This document shows positions 18,132 through 28,363 of a DNA stretch of 64,000 bases, piece after piece. The notes under the pieces were generated by a model. The model worked only from the letters and a program-made list of their open reading frames with translations. It ran no database searches and was not told the origin of the DNA. Each line of letters begins with the position of its first letter. Within the stretch, counting starts at the first letter, position 1. Source of the DNA: Sporomusa sp. (GTDB lineage Bacteria; Bacillota; Negativicutes; Sporomusales; Sporomusaceae); assembly GCF_035561155.1 (NCBI RefSeq), contig NZ_DATMYD010000010.1:2873-66872 (forward strand), given 5' to 3'. The position numbers and the translations under genes are program-made.

Positions 18132-19412
18132 CTAAATAAGTCCTTTTTTACTATATATCGGACAAGCGGCTATTCGCCACACAGGTAAGTTCCAGGCAAA
18201 GATAACCGCCCCAGTGAGCGCCAGCAATCCGCCAATGAGAAAAGTGCCAGGCGTTCCAATCATCCCGGCCGCATGACCCGCAAGCAAGCTGCCAATCGGT
18301 GTAATTCCGCCAAAAGACAGGACATATAAACTCATAACGCGTCCCCGTTTATCTTCATCCACCAGGGACTGAATAATCGTATTGGTTGAAGCCATCTGGG
18401 CAATGAGGCCAAAGCCCATAATAAAGGCAATGCCCAGCGAAAGCCATAATGCTGTTGACAGCGAAAAGGCGATTAGACCCACAGCAAAAATGACTGAATT
18501 TGTCGCAATAACCTTTTCAATGCCCACAACGGTTTTACGGGCTGCCAAACAAATTGTGCCAACAAACGCCCCAATCCCAAAAGACGCCATTAACCAGCCC
18601 AGCGTCTCAGGGCCGCCTCCCAAAACTTGTCCGGCAAATAGCGGCATGAGCGGCAGAACAGGAAAACCCACCAGGCTCAAGAGCGCCAGCAACAACAGCA
18701 CCATCCGAATCGGCAGTGAATTATATGTATAAATAAACCCTTCCTTTAACCCACCCATGATATTGTCCGAGGTAGCCGCAACCTCTTGCGACACAGTCAG
18801 TTTCATGGCCAGCAGCGCACCAAGGATAGCGATATAGCTAAGTCCGTTAAACAGATAGCATAAACCCTCCCCAAAGGCTGCAATCGCCAGCCCGGCGACT
18901 GAAGGACCAATAATCCGCGCTCCGTTAAACATAGCTGAGTTAAGAGCAATCGCGTTGGCTAAGTCTTCCTTATCCTCGACAATCTGAGAGATAAACGCCT
19001 GACGGGCCGGCATATCAAACGAGTTAATCATGCCCAGGACTGTGTTCAGCACGACAATGTGCCACACAGCCACTGTGCCGGTAAACACCAGCGCCGCCAG
19101 GGCTAGCGCCTGCACCATGCTTAAGACCTGAGTCCAGAGTATCACCCGGTATCTGTTCCAACGGTCTAAGAGCACTCCGGCAACAGGTATCAGCACTACC
19201 CCGGCGATTTGCCCGGTAAAATCGACATTTCCCAGTATCTCCGGTGACTGCGTCAGGCGGTATACCAGCCAAATTGTCGCTGTCCGCTGCATCCAAGTGC
19301 CGACAAGCGACATACCGTGCCCAAAATAAAATAGCCGGTAGTTACGATGCCTCAGCGCCCGAAAGGTTTCTTTTATGTCTAGTTCCAGCAACTTACTCAC
19401 CTCCCATCGCAC
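18132..19412 (-). CDS. MFS transporter (MFS_3/DHA3-like exporter)
   Basis: RALRHRNYRL, GTWMQ, FDMPARQ, NAIALNS, RGRVMSLY; about 12 TMs. Confidence 0.9.
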   Translation of the reverse strand: MRWEVSKLLELDIKETFRALRHRNYRLFYFGHGMSLVGTWMQRTATIWLVYRLTQSPEILGNVDFTGQIAGVVLIPVAGVLLDRWNRYRVILWTQVLSMVQALALAALVFTGTVAVWHIVVLNTVLGMINSFDMPARQAFISQIVEDKEDLANAIALNSAMFNGARIIGPSVAGLAIAAFGEGLCYLFNGLSYIAILGALLAMKLTVSQEVAATSDNIMGGLKEGFIYTYNSLPIRMVLLLLALLSLVGFPVLPLMPLFAGQVLGGGPETLGWLMASFGIGAFVGTICLAARKTVVGIEKVIATNSVIFAVGLIAFSLSTALWLSLGIAFIMGFGLIAQMASTNTIIQSLVDEDKRGRVMSLYVLSFGGITPIGSLLAGHAAGMIGTPGTFLIGGLLALTGAVIFAWNLPVWRIAACPIYSKKGLI

Positions 19413-19494
19413 CAGATAACTACTAGTTTATTCCAGATTACGCCCAGCGTCAACTTTACTAGACTCATCCTGAAACCTAAACAGTATACAAAAG

Positions 19495-19523
19495 CGAGAT
19501 TGCAGCTGAATGCTGCAATCTCG
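19495..19523. repeat. REP-like hairpin CGAGATTGCAGC-N5-GCTGCAATCTCG
   Basis: Perfect 12-bp stem; shares its ends with the element at 1474-1556. Confidence 0.6.
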
Positions 19524-19596
19524 TCTCTCGTGAGTCACTTGCCTATTCCTAACTCACCAATATCCCATGCACGGTGGGCATGGGACTGTTTGACTC

Positions 19597-20340
19597 CTAA
19601 TGACGCCCCTGAGTTTTCCGGTACTCTGACGGTGTAACCTGACAGCTTTTTTTGAATATATTGGTAAAATAGGCCAGATCCGAGTACCCTAAACGCTCAG
19701 CAATCTCAGAAATTCTGAGGGTAGTTGAAGACAGGAGACGTTTGGCCTCTTTTAGTCTAATCTGAGTCACATAGTCAATAAAATTAATCCCTTGCTGCTG
19801 CTTAAACAATTGACTTAGATAACTTGGGTTCATGTATACATGCTTGGCAGCCTCAGCCAGTGTTATTTGGCCGGGCGGCAATGATTCAATATATTTTAGT
19901 ACCTGTTCTACAGGCGACAGCGGAGTAACCCGCAAAGGTTCTCCGGCTTCCTGCTCCTTAGCCGCTTTGTTCCGGCGGGTTAGCCATTTTGTCAGACAAG
20001 CAGTAAGCTGCTCTTCTTCGACTGGCTTTAAGAGGTAATCAATGGCCCCTGCCCGGAGGGCCTGCTGGACACAACAAAAATCTTCGTTTACCGTAATAAA
20101 GATGACATCCTGTTCATTGCCAGCCTGCCTAAGGTTTTCTAAAAACGTCAGCCCGGTCATAACCGGCATGGTAATGTCAGCAAGCACTAAATCGACCTGA
20201 TTGGTCTTTAGCCAATCCAACGCTTCCAAACCATTGCTACATTCGCCGGCGACCTTTACCGGCAGGCCGGTCTGTTCGACTGTCCATTTGAGGGCAGACC
20301 GAACCCATTTTTCATCATCCACAATAAGAATATTGTTCAT
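19597..20340 (-). CDS. Response regulator, REC + AraC (YesN-like)
   Basis: MNNILIVDDE start after GGGG RBS, DITMP, DYLLKP, MNPSYLSQLFK. Confidence 0.93.
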   Translation of the reverse strand: MNNILIVDDEKWVRSALKWTVEQTGLPVKVAGECSNGLEALDWLKTNQVDLVLADITMPVMTGLTFLENLRQAGNEQDVIFITVNEDFCCVQQALRAGAIDYLLKPVEEEQLTACLTKWLTRRNKAAKEQEAGEPLRVTPLSPVEQVLKYIESLPPGQITLAEAAKHVYMNPSYLSQLFKQQQGINFIDYVTQIRLKEAKRLLSSTTLRISEIAERLGYSDLAYFTNIFKKSCQVTPSEYRKTQGRH

Positions 20341-22186
20341 TGTGGTCCCCGCCCTCTTCCTTTTTAACAAGTGGCAACTTGACCAGCACCGTTGTGCCTT
20401 GGCCTGGGATACTCTCAACGGTTACCCCATAATCGGGGCCAAAAAGGTTGACAATCCGGCGATGGACATTGACTATCCCGATATTGGCACCGCCGGCAGT
20501 GATGTCTTTATTAATAAGGTCATGGTTAATCTTGTCCAACACACTCTCTACCATACCTACCCCGGTGTCGGCCACCCGGATAATGAGGTTATCGGACTGC
20601 TGATAAGCCGAGATAATGATGCGGGTTGGTTCAGGCCCAGCCCCAACACTGTGGACAAAACAGTTTTCAACTAAAGGCTGCAGGGAGAATTTAACAATCA
20701 TCGCATTCATGGCCCACTGGGGGATTTCAAAGCAGTATTTAACATTTTTATCAAATCGGTACTGTTGAATTTTAAGGTAGACGGTGCAGAAATTGATTTC
20801 CTCGCGCAAGGTCACCGTAGGCGATACTGTCTTTAAGTTGTACCTTAAGAGCGTACCAAGCGATGCGGCCATCGCAGCGATGTCGCCCATATTCTGTTCC
20901 AGAGCCATGCCGCGAATGGTTTCCAGTGAATTGCAGAGAAAGTGTGGGTTGATTTGCGACTGCAGCACCTTTAGTTCCATTTCTTTTTGCCCCAACGACA
21001 TTTCTGTTTCCCGTAATTTAGAAAAGTATACCTCTTCCATAAGCTCCGAAAGTTTCTCGACCATTTGGTTAAAGCCATTCGTAAGCTGCCCGATTTCATC
21101 ACTTGATTCCACAGGCAATCGCCGTGAGAAATCCCCAACCTGTACGTTTTTCATAAACCGCTGTAAGCGGCGGATAGGCCTGATAATCGTGCTGGCAAAA
21201 CTGACGCCCAGCACATAGGCAATAAGGAGCGTAATGACAACTGTCCAAAGGATAGTAAAACCAATATGGGCTGTCCCTTTAAACAGTTCAGCCCGGGGAA
21301 TGGCTGTAACAAACCGCCAGCCCAAGGAGGAGGAATGGTTTAGAATAACTACCTGGTCTTGCTCTGATATAAAGGAGTTGTCCTGTAACGACAGGATGCT
21401 CTCCAGATTGAGAAGCTCTGAACGCCGTCCAAGCTTAGAACTGTCAGGATGGTATACATAGTGGCCCTCTGCATCTAAAATATAGAAGGAGCTTTTGCCG
21501 ACACTGTTCACCTCGTCAGCAAGATCCTGGAGGCGGCGGAAGTTCACATCAATAAGCAGCATGCCCATGGGTTCCAGCGTATACGGACTATGGATTCGCC
21601 TGGCAATCGTTATGACAGGCTCTTGCTCGTTACCCCATTTAATAATGCGGCTGACCAGCATGGAGTTGCCGTTGGCTGGTACTGACGCATACCAGTATTC
21701 TTTCTCAAGTTCACCAACAGGATACGGTCCCCTGTAACCCAGGCTGTCAATGACACCAACACCATCGATCACTACTGCTACACTCGAAATATCGGAACGC
21801 GAATAGGCTATACTCACCAAAAGCTCCCGAACTGCTTCAATCAGCTCCAGACGCTTAACGTCGCTGACTTCGCCCGCTTTTAAAAAGTTGATCATGTCGT
21901 GATCGTTGAGTATTTTAAGCGAATTTATCTCAACATCCCGCAGATAATATTCAATCTGAGTTTTAACCTGCTCATTAATCTGCCAGCTATAATTCCTTAC
22001 CTCCCCTTCGAGAATTGTGGAGGAACGGTAATAAGAGATAACTCCAACTACGACCATGGGGATGATAACAAGTACTGCTGAAAAAGTAAATAACTTGGCT
22101 GTTAACAGTTGGTCTTTCAACCAAATGGTTTCACTAATAAACTTAAGTAATGATTTTCTCATAAGTAATAATATTTCGCGATACAA
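20315..22186 (-). CDS. Sensor histidine kinase, Cache-HAMP-His_kinase (YesM-like)
   Basis: 2 TMs, HAMP (DEIGQL), SQINPHFL, LQPLVEN, DTGVG, NIGI. Confidence 0.93.
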   Translation of the reverse strand: MYREILLLMRKSLLKFISETIWLKDQLLTAKLFTFSAVLVIIPMVVVGVISYYRSSTILEGEVRNYSWQINEQVKTQIEYYLRDVEINSLKILNDHDMINFLKAGEVSDVKRLELIEAVRELLVSIAYSRSDISSVAVVIDGVGVIDSLGYRGPYPVGELEKEYWYASVPANGNSMLVSRIIKWGNEQEPVITIARRIHSPYTLEPMGMLLIDVNFRRLQDLADEVNSVGKSSFYILDAEGHYVYHPDSSKLGRRSELLNLESILSLQDNSFISEQDQVVILNHSSSLGWRFVTAIPRAELFKGTAHIGFTILWTVVITLLIAYVLGVSFASTIIRPIRRLQRFMKNVQVGDFSRRLPVESSDEIGQLTNGFNQMVEKLSELMEEVYFSKLRETEMSLGQKEMELKVLQSQINPHFLCNSLETIRGMALEQNMGDIAAMAASLGTLLRYNLKTVSPTVTLREEINFCTVYLKIQQYRFDKNVKYCFEIPQWAMNAMIVKFSLQPLVENCFVHSVGAGPEPTRIIISAYQQSDNLIIRVADTGVGMVESVLDKINHDLINKDITAGGANIGIVNVHRRIVNLFGPDYGVTVESIPGQGTTVLVKLPLVKKEEGGDHNEQYSYCG

Positions 22187-22205
22187 ATTTTATATCCTGC
22201 TTACT

Positions 22206-22296
22206 ATAAAGAAAACACGGCTTGCGCCGAGCCTTTGGCGACAGCGGAAGCCGATGTTGCCCTTATCCTGTTAGAAAGTTATACTTTCTAACAGGA
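22206..22296. repeat. Dispersed composite palindromic repeat, copy A
   Basis: Near-identical to 29411-29519; contains the TCCTGTTAGAAAGT/ACTTTCTAACAGGA palindrome. Confidence 0.85.
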
Positions 22297-22343
22297 TAAC
22301 AAATAGGGAGAAGCCTCACGGCATCTCCCTACTTTTATGACTA

Positions 22344-23360
22344 TTACTTGCGAGCTTGCTCGATAGCAGCCAATTCTTCTTTGTAGTTCTCACCATGTTT
22401 ATCAATAACAGGCTTAACAGCTGCTTGCCACGGTTTAACGTCGTTAACCTCAGTAACTACTACGCCGTTGGCTTTAAGTTTGTCCATGGATTCTTTTTCA
22501 AACTTCTCCCACAGATCTCGTTGGGTTGCTACTGAATCAATAGCGGCTTGTTTAATGATTTTGCGGTCTTCTTCAGACAGCTTATCCCAAGTCACTTTGC
22601 TGATTAAGAGTACTTCAGGAACACGTTGGTGTCCGTCCAGAATGAAGTTCTTAACTGCTTGATAGTGGTTAGCAGTCAAATAGCTGGGCGAATTGTTTTC
22701 AGCGCCGTCAATTACGCCGGTCTGCAGGCCGCTGAATACTTCGCCGTAAGGCATGGGGGTAGCACTGGCACCCAGAGCACTAATGAGATCCATATTGATC
22801 TTATTTTGTTGCACACGGATTTTGAGACCTTTCAGGTCTTCAACCTTGGCGACTGGCTTCTTGGTATAGAAGCTGCGGGAACCAGAGCTATAGTAAGCCA
22901 GGCCCTTCATTTTTGATTTTTCCAGACCGTCAAGCATCTTATTACCGGCTTCACCGCTAAGAAACTTCCACATATGAGCGTCATTGTCAAAGATATAAGG
23001 CAGTGAGAATACACCAAAGGCTTTGTTGAATTCAGCCAGTGGCGAGGAGCTTACGCGAGTAAACTCAATGGCACCAAGCTGTACTTGCTCAATAACAGCC
23101 TTTTCTTCGCCAAGCTGAGAGGATGGGAATACTTCAATTTTGATGCGGCCTTTTGTCCGTTCATTAACCAGTTCGGCAAATTTTTTGTCACCCAGGGTAG
23201 TGGGGTAATCGGCCGGATGGGTTTCTGCTAAGCGGAACGTGTACTTAGCTCCTTCGGCTTTCTTTTCAGCCGAACCGCTGTCTTTGGAACCGCAGCCAGC
23301 GAAAAGCGAACCGGCCAGCAGCAAGGACAGAGCACCCGCAATCAGTTTCTTTCTGTTCAT
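22344..23360 (-). CDS. dctP: TRAP transporter substrate-binding lipoprotein (uronate-type)
   Basis: Lipobox FAGC, FPSSQLG, KGLKIRV, TGVIDGAEN. Confidence 0.95.
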   Translation of the reverse strand: MNRKKLIAGALSLLLAGSLFAGCGSKDSGSAEKKAEGAKYTFRLAETHPADYPTTLGDKKFAELVNERTKGRIKIEVFPSSQLGEEKAVIEQVQLGAIEFTRVSSSPLAEFNKAFGVFSLPYIFDNDAHMWKFLSGEAGNKMLDGLEKSKMKGLAYYSSGSRSFYTKKPVAKVEDLKGLKIRVQQNKINMDLISALGASATPMPYGEVFSGLQTGVIDGAENNSPSYLTANHYQAVKNFILDGHQRVPEVLLISKVTWDKLSEEDRKIIKQAAIDSVATQRDLWEKFEKESMDKLKANGVVVTEVNDVKPWQAAVKPVIDKHGENYKEELAAIEQARK

Positions 23361-23417
23361 TATTAATATCCCCCTTAAATAATGTTGGGATGAATCCCCA
23401 TAAGTTAATAGTACCTA

Positions 23418-24710
23418 CTATTTAAACATTGTGGGCAGCCACATAACAGTCTGCGGAACATAGGTAATGAGCAGCAGGACTGCAATCATGGCATAGAAGA
23501 ACGGCATCATCGCCTTAGTTCCTTGGGACAGTGTTACCCCGCCAATAGCGCAGCCAACGAATAGAACTGTACCAACCGGCGGTGTTAAGAGCCCCATGCC
23601 GGCGTTGAAGATGAGAATCAAGCCAAAGTGTACTGGATCAATGCCAATTGCAGTACACACAGGCAGCAGAATAGGCGTCATAATCAGGATCATTGGAGCC
23701 ATATCCATTGGGCCGCCCAAGATCAGCAGCAGAATATTGATCAGCATCATAATGACAATTGGGCTGTCTGAAACGCTCATGAAGAAGTCGGTAACAAGCA
23801 TAGGGATCTTAAGGTAGGCAAGTACCCAACCAAAGGCCGCAGAGGCGGCTATTAAGAAGTACACCATAAGCACAGTACGAAGGGTACGCTTAAGCACAGG
23901 AATCATAGATGACAGCGGTGCCTCACGGTACACGCCGAAAGCCAGAATAAAGGAATACAGCGCAGCCATAGCACCCGACTCCGTAGCTGTAAACCAACCG
24001 GAGATAATGCCACCGAGAATAATAACAGCCGGTGATAAAGACAGAAGACCATGGAACAGGATACTGGGAACTTGAGACTTGTCAATTGGGTCGCCTTTTT
24101 GATAGCCGCGTTTACGGGCGATGATATAGGCAACAGTCATAAGGGTACCAAGTAAGATAAATCCAGGAACAATACCGGCTAAGAACAGGCTTTTAATAGA
24201 GATGCCGCCAGCGACAATAGAGTATAAAACCAGGTTATGACTTGGCGGAACAACAACGCCTTGAATCGCTGAAGAAATTGTTAGTCCTACTGAGTAGTCG
24301 GCATCATAGCCCTTTTTCTTCATCATCGGGATCATAACAGAGCCTACTGAAGAGGCATCAGCTACCGCCGAGCCCGAGATATTGCCGAAGAACATACAGG
24401 CTACGCAGTTAACAAGCGCCAAGCCGCCCCGAATGCGTCCGACAATCAGATATGCTAGGTTAACCATTCTGACGGCCAAGCCGCCTTCACCCATAATTTG
24501 TCCAGTAAGAATAAAAAACGGAATGGCTAGGAGCGAAAAGCTGCTAATCCCTTGAATCATTTGTTGGCCGAGTACGGCCAGCGGCAGATCCATGTAAATC
24601 ATAGTCAGCATAGTAGAAAAGGCTAGTACCATTGCTACCGGGAATCTGAGAACCATGAATCCGATAAAACTAACAACGAGTAAGGTAACTGCTACTGCTT
24701 GCTGGTCCAC
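23418..24710 (-). CDS. dctM: TRAP transporter large permease
   Basis: LLAIPFFIL, ISGSAVAD, PPSH, FTATES, TPPVG. Confidence 0.95.
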   Translation of the reverse strand: MDQQAVAVTLLVVSFIGFMVLRFPVAMVLAFSTMLTMIYMDLPLAVLGQQMIQGISSFSLLAIPFFILTGQIMGEGGLAVRMVNLAYLIVGRIRGGLALVNCVACMFFGNISGSAVADASSVGSVMIPMMKKKGYDADYSVGLTISSAIQGVVVPPSHNLVLYSIVAGGISIKSLFLAGIVPGFILLGTLMTVAYIIARKRGYQKGDPIDKSQVPSILFHGLLSLSPAVIILGGIISGWFTATESGAMAALYSFILAFGVYREAPLSSMIPVLKRTLRTVLMVYFLIAASAAFGWVLAYLKIPMLVTDFFMSVSDSPIVIMMLINILLLILGGPMDMAPMILIMTPILLPVCTAIGIDPVHFGLILIFNAGMGLLTPPVGTVLFVGCAIGGVTLSQGTKAMMPFFYAMIAVLLLITYVPQTVMWLPTMFK

Positions 24711-25231
24711 TATTCCTCACCTCCCATAGCGCCGCCCATTTCAACTTCATTGCCTTTGTGACGTTTGGTATCAAAACCGGCAACCTGCAGGGCTGAATAA
24801 GCACACGTCATAACGCCGGACACAGGCAAAACTAAATACAGTATACTGTTAGGCAGCTTAGTGGCCGCCAAGGTGGATTCGTGCATCATGACGGTAAAAT
24901 CCCAGCCGTAAACAATTAGATACACGCCGAAGCCAAAAATAGAGAGTCCGATAATTTTATCAAGGATACGGTTAACCATGTCAGGTAAAAAAGCAGTAAA
25001 AGAGTCAACACCAAGATGTAAATCTTCACGAAAGCCAATCGCCATACCCATAAACGCGAACCAGACTAAAAGAAGCAGTGTCATCTCCTCAGACCAGAAG
25101 AATACGAAATTGAAAAGTTTCCGGGTCATGACCTGGGTGATAACAATAAGAATCATACTGGCGAGGCCTAGAAGCGCAAAACTTTCGAATAGGGTATCTA
25201 TAGCTAGAGCAATTTTTTTGAGCGTCTCCAC
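24710..25231 (-). CDS. dctQ: TRAP transporter small permease
   Basis: WSEE motif, 4 TMs, HLGVD. Confidence 0.92.
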   Translation of the reverse strand: METLKKIALAIDTLFESFALLGLASMILIVITQVMTRKLFNFVFFWSEEMTLLLLVWFAFMGMAIGFREDLHLGVDSFTAFLPDMVNRILDKIIGLSIFGFGVYLIVYGWDFTVMMHESTLAATKLPNSILYLVLPVSGVMTCAYSALQVAGFDTKRHKGNEVEMGGAMGGEE

Positions 25232-25282
25232 GTCATACCTCCTTGCAATATTTATTAAAATTACGCATAGGGTTCTTTGTAC

Positions 25283-25347
25283 ATTTTACTGTTCTTTCAA
25301 AATATTTAGTATATTAGTTTTTTTAGGTAATTTTGTGTTTTTTTTAG
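25283..25347 (-). promoter_or_regulatory. Activator box and -10 element upstream of dctQ
   Basis: 30-bp motif at 25318-25347 is 27/30 identical to 28399-28428; TAAAAT at the same offset as in the uxaB promoter. Confidence 0.75.
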
Positions 25348-25353
25348 CCTGAC

Positions 25354-26799
25354 TTACAGGGTTACACCGTTCTTAAATATGGCAATCTCTCTAAAACCCA
25401 TGTGCTCTGCTTTGGTTGGCTTACCTGAAGCCACTTCAACGACATAGGCAAAAAATTGCTCATTCAGTTGCTGCATACTCACGCCGGCAAGCAGCTGTCC
25501 GGCATCGAAATCCATCCAATTAGTTTTGCGGGCAAACACCTCACTGTTGGTAGCGACTTTAACAGTAGGTACCACTGTGCCAAGCGGCGTGCCCCGCCCT
25601 GTAGTAAAGAGGATGATCTGGCAGCCGGCAGCCGCCAAAGCGGTAGCGGCAACCATGTCATTGCCAGGCGAACTTAAGAGTGTCAGCCCTTTTTTAGTAA
25701 CCTGCCCGGCATAACCTAGTACATCTGTCACCCGGCCTCTTCCACCTTTTTGGGTGCAGCCTAGCGATTTTTCTTCCAGTGTGCTGATGCCACCTTCTTT
25801 GTTACCAGGCGAGGGGTTTTCATAAATCGGCTGGTTATAGCCTTGGAAGTACGCTTTGAAGTCATTAATCAGCTGTACCGTCTTGTCGAATACAGCACAA
25901 TCGATAGCCCGGTTCATCAGAATTGTTTCCGCCCCAAACATCTCCGGCACTTCAGTCAGCACAGTGCTGCCACCACAAGCAAGGAGACTGTCAGAGAACG
26001 CGCCGACCAGAGGATTGGCAGTGATACCTGAAAACCCGTCAGAGCCGCCGCATTTAAGACCAATGACCAGTTCTGACACCGGACAAGCTTCCCGGTTAAA
26101 CCCTGAGGCATATTGGACAAGGTCGCCAAGCAGTTCTACCCCGGCGGCAATCTCGTCCTCCACTTCCTGAGCCACCAAAAACCTTACCCGCTCAGGGTCG
26201 TAATCGCCCAGCACTTTTTTAAAGTCGTCAATATAGTTGTTTTCACACCCCAAGCCAACCACCAGCACAGCCCCGGCATTGGGATGGCGCACCAAGTCAG
26301 CTAAAATGCGCTGTGTACTGCTATGGTCATCCCCTAACTGCGAACAACCATATGGATGGGTAATCTCAAAAACGCCATCGACATTGGGCGTGCCCTTAAA
26401 CCGAGCCGTTGCCTGCTGGGCCATCAGCCTAATATTCTGATTGACACAGCTCACGGTAGGAATAATCCATACTTCGTTACGGACACCAACCTTCCCGTTG
26501 GCCCGGCGATAGCCTTGAAAAGTCGGGCAATCACGTGTCGCCTGGTCTGCTGCGGGCTCAGGCTGATATTGATACTCTAGAATGTCTCCTAAATTGGTCT
26601 TAATGTTGTGGGTATGAACCCAGTCGCCGGCCTTGATATCAGACGTGGCGTGACCAATAGGAAAACCGTATTTGATGATATGCTCACCGGCGCGAATATC
26701 AGTCAAGGCTACTTTATGACCTCTGCCGGCCTTAGCGCCCTCGGCAGGATGAAGAACTACGGCAACATTATCTTTTTCATGAATTTTTAAGTGTGACAA
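25354..26799 (-). CDS. uxaA: Altronate dehydratase
   Basis: SAF domain (GHKVAL, VHTHN), HPYGCSQ, GLGCENN, KCGGSDGFSG, TTGRGTP. Confidence 0.93.
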   Translation of the reverse strand: MSHLKIHEKDNVAVVLHPAEGAKAGRGHKVALTDIRAGEHIIKYGFPIGHATSDIKAGDWVHTHNIKTNLGDILEYQYQPEPAADQATRDCPTFQGYRRANGKVGVRNEVWIIPTVSCVNQNIRLMAQQATARFKGTPNVDGVFEITHPYGCSQLGDDHSSTQRILADLVRHPNAGAVLVVGLGCENNYIDDFKKVLGDYDPERVRFLVAQEVEDEIAAGVELLGDLVQYASGFNREACPVSELVIGLKCGGSDGFSGITANPLVGAFSDSLLACGGSTVLTEVPEMFGAETILMNRAIDCAVFDKTVQLINDFKAYFQGYNQPIYENPSPGNKEGGISTLEEKSLGCTQKGGRGRVTDVLGYAGQVTKKGLTLLSSPGNDMVAATALAAAGCQIILFTTGRGTPLGTVVPTVKVATNSEVFARKTNWMDFDAGQLLAGVSMQQLNEQFFAYVVEVASGKPTKAEHMGFREIAIFKNGVTL

Positions 26800-26811
26800 G
26801 TCAGCACCTCC

Positions 26812-28293
26812 TTAATCCACAATCGTTTGTACAGCGGCTCTCATACCATTGGTCGCAATGCGATAGAGGTAGTCGCCTGTCTTGGCAACAAGCCCTTCCA
26901 CTTGCGTCAAATCCTGACCCCATAGACTGATATTGGCTAGTACTCTTTGTGCAACTTGGCTTGCCGACTCAGGGGAGCCGTCAAACGCTGTCCACACTTC
27001 AGCAAAGAACTCCAGCACAGGTACATCATCTTTCATGACGAAATCGCCTTGTTCGCGCCGGGCCTTCATTCCAGATCCTTCAACTTGACCGTCTTTGTAT
27101 ACGGCAATCAGGGCAGCCAGTGAGAAGGTCAGCTTGACCGGCAAGCTGCCATGTTTAGTTTTGTACTCCAGGATGGACGGCAGCACTCTGGCCTTAAATT
27201 TAGAAGATGAATTCAGGAGAATGCTTAACAGATAATGTTTAATGAACGGATTACGGAACCGCTCCATCACGCTTTCGGCAAAATCGTCCAGCATGGCTTT
27301 ATCAAGGTTAATGGACGGCACAATTTCGTCAAAAACAATTTGCCGGACATATTTACCCATAACATCATGCTCCATCATCTCGCCTACAGTATCAAGACCG
27401 TACAGAAAGGCCGCCGGCACTGATGAAGTATGCGCCCCGTTCAAAATCCTGACCTTACGAGTTCGATACGGAGTCATGTCATCGGTCCAGATCACGTTAA
27501 GACCGGCTTTAGTAAACGGCAGACGGTTAGCCAGCTGTTCCGGGCCTTCAATAACCCAGAGGTGGAACAGTTCACCGGTGTCTAAGATGGTATCCTGATA
27601 ACCCAGCTTTGCTTCCAATTCTTTGATTTCATCACGGGGATAGCCTGTTACAACTCTGTCAACAAGTGTATTCAGGAAGTAGTTGTGCTGCTCAATCCAG
27701 CTCGCAAACTCTGCCGGTAACTGCCAGGCATCGGCTAACTGCAATACAACTTTTTTCAGATTGTCGCCATTGCGGTCAATCAGTTCACACGGCAGGATCA
27801 CCATACCCTTGGCCGGATCACCGTTAAAATGGCCGAAACGGTGGTAGAGATAAGCGGTTAGCTTGCCTGGGAAAGATACCGGCGGTTGGTTTTCCAGCTT
27901 ATCAGTCTGATCGTAGGCAATCCCAGCCTCAGTAGTGTTGCTGATAACAAATTCGATGTCCGCATTTTCGGCGCAGGCGAGACATTCGTTCCATTGTCCA
28001 TAGGGGTTGATACAACGGCTCACAGAGCTGATAATTTCTTTTTCCTCGTAGGGCTGGCCGTTTTTAAGTCCACGCAAGAACAGCGTGTATAGCCCGTCTT
28101 GTTCGTTGATCTGCTTAGATAAGCCTTCGGCAATGGGCTGCACAAGTACGGCCCTGCCGTTAAACAAGCCCTGCTGATTCATCTGATGAATCATCCAGTC
28201 GGCAAATGCCCGTAAAAAATTGCCCTCGCCGAACTGAATGACCCGCTCAGGCAATGCAGCTGCAGGATGGAGCTGGTTGTTAAGTTTATTCAT
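26812..28293 (-). CDS. uxaB: Altronate oxidoreductase (tagaturonate reductase)
   Basis: QFGEGNFLRAF, SNTTEAGI, PCELI, NTLVDR, RKVRILNGAHT. Confidence 0.95.
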   Translation of the reverse strand: MNKLNNQLHPAAALPERVIQFGEGNFLRAFADWMIHQMNQQGLFNGRAVLVQPIAEGLSKQINEQDGLYTLFLRGLKNGQPYEEKEIISSVSRCINPYGQWNECLACAENADIEFVISNTTEAGIAYDQTDKLENQPPVSFPGKLTAYLYHRFGHFNGDPAKGMVILPCELIDRNGDNLKKVVLQLADAWQLPAEFASWIEQHNYFLNTLVDRVVTGYPRDEIKELEAKLGYQDTILDTGELFHLWVIEGPEQLANRLPFTKAGLNVIWTDDMTPYRTRKVRILNGAHTSSVPAAFLYGLDTVGEMMEHDVMGKYVRQIVFDEIVPSINLDKAMLDDFAESVMERFRNPFIKHYLLSILLNSSSKFKARVLPSILEYKTKHGSLPVKLTFSLAALIAVYKDGQVEGSGMKARREQGDFVMKDDVPVLEFFAEVWTAFDGSPESASQVAQRVLANISLWGQDLTQVEGLVAKTGDYLYRIATNGMRAAVQTIVD

Positions 28294-28363
28294 ACCCGTA
28301 CCCCCCAATTGTATTTTGCAGTTCAATTAACTGTGGATCTAGTTTGAGATTTTGTCTTACTTA

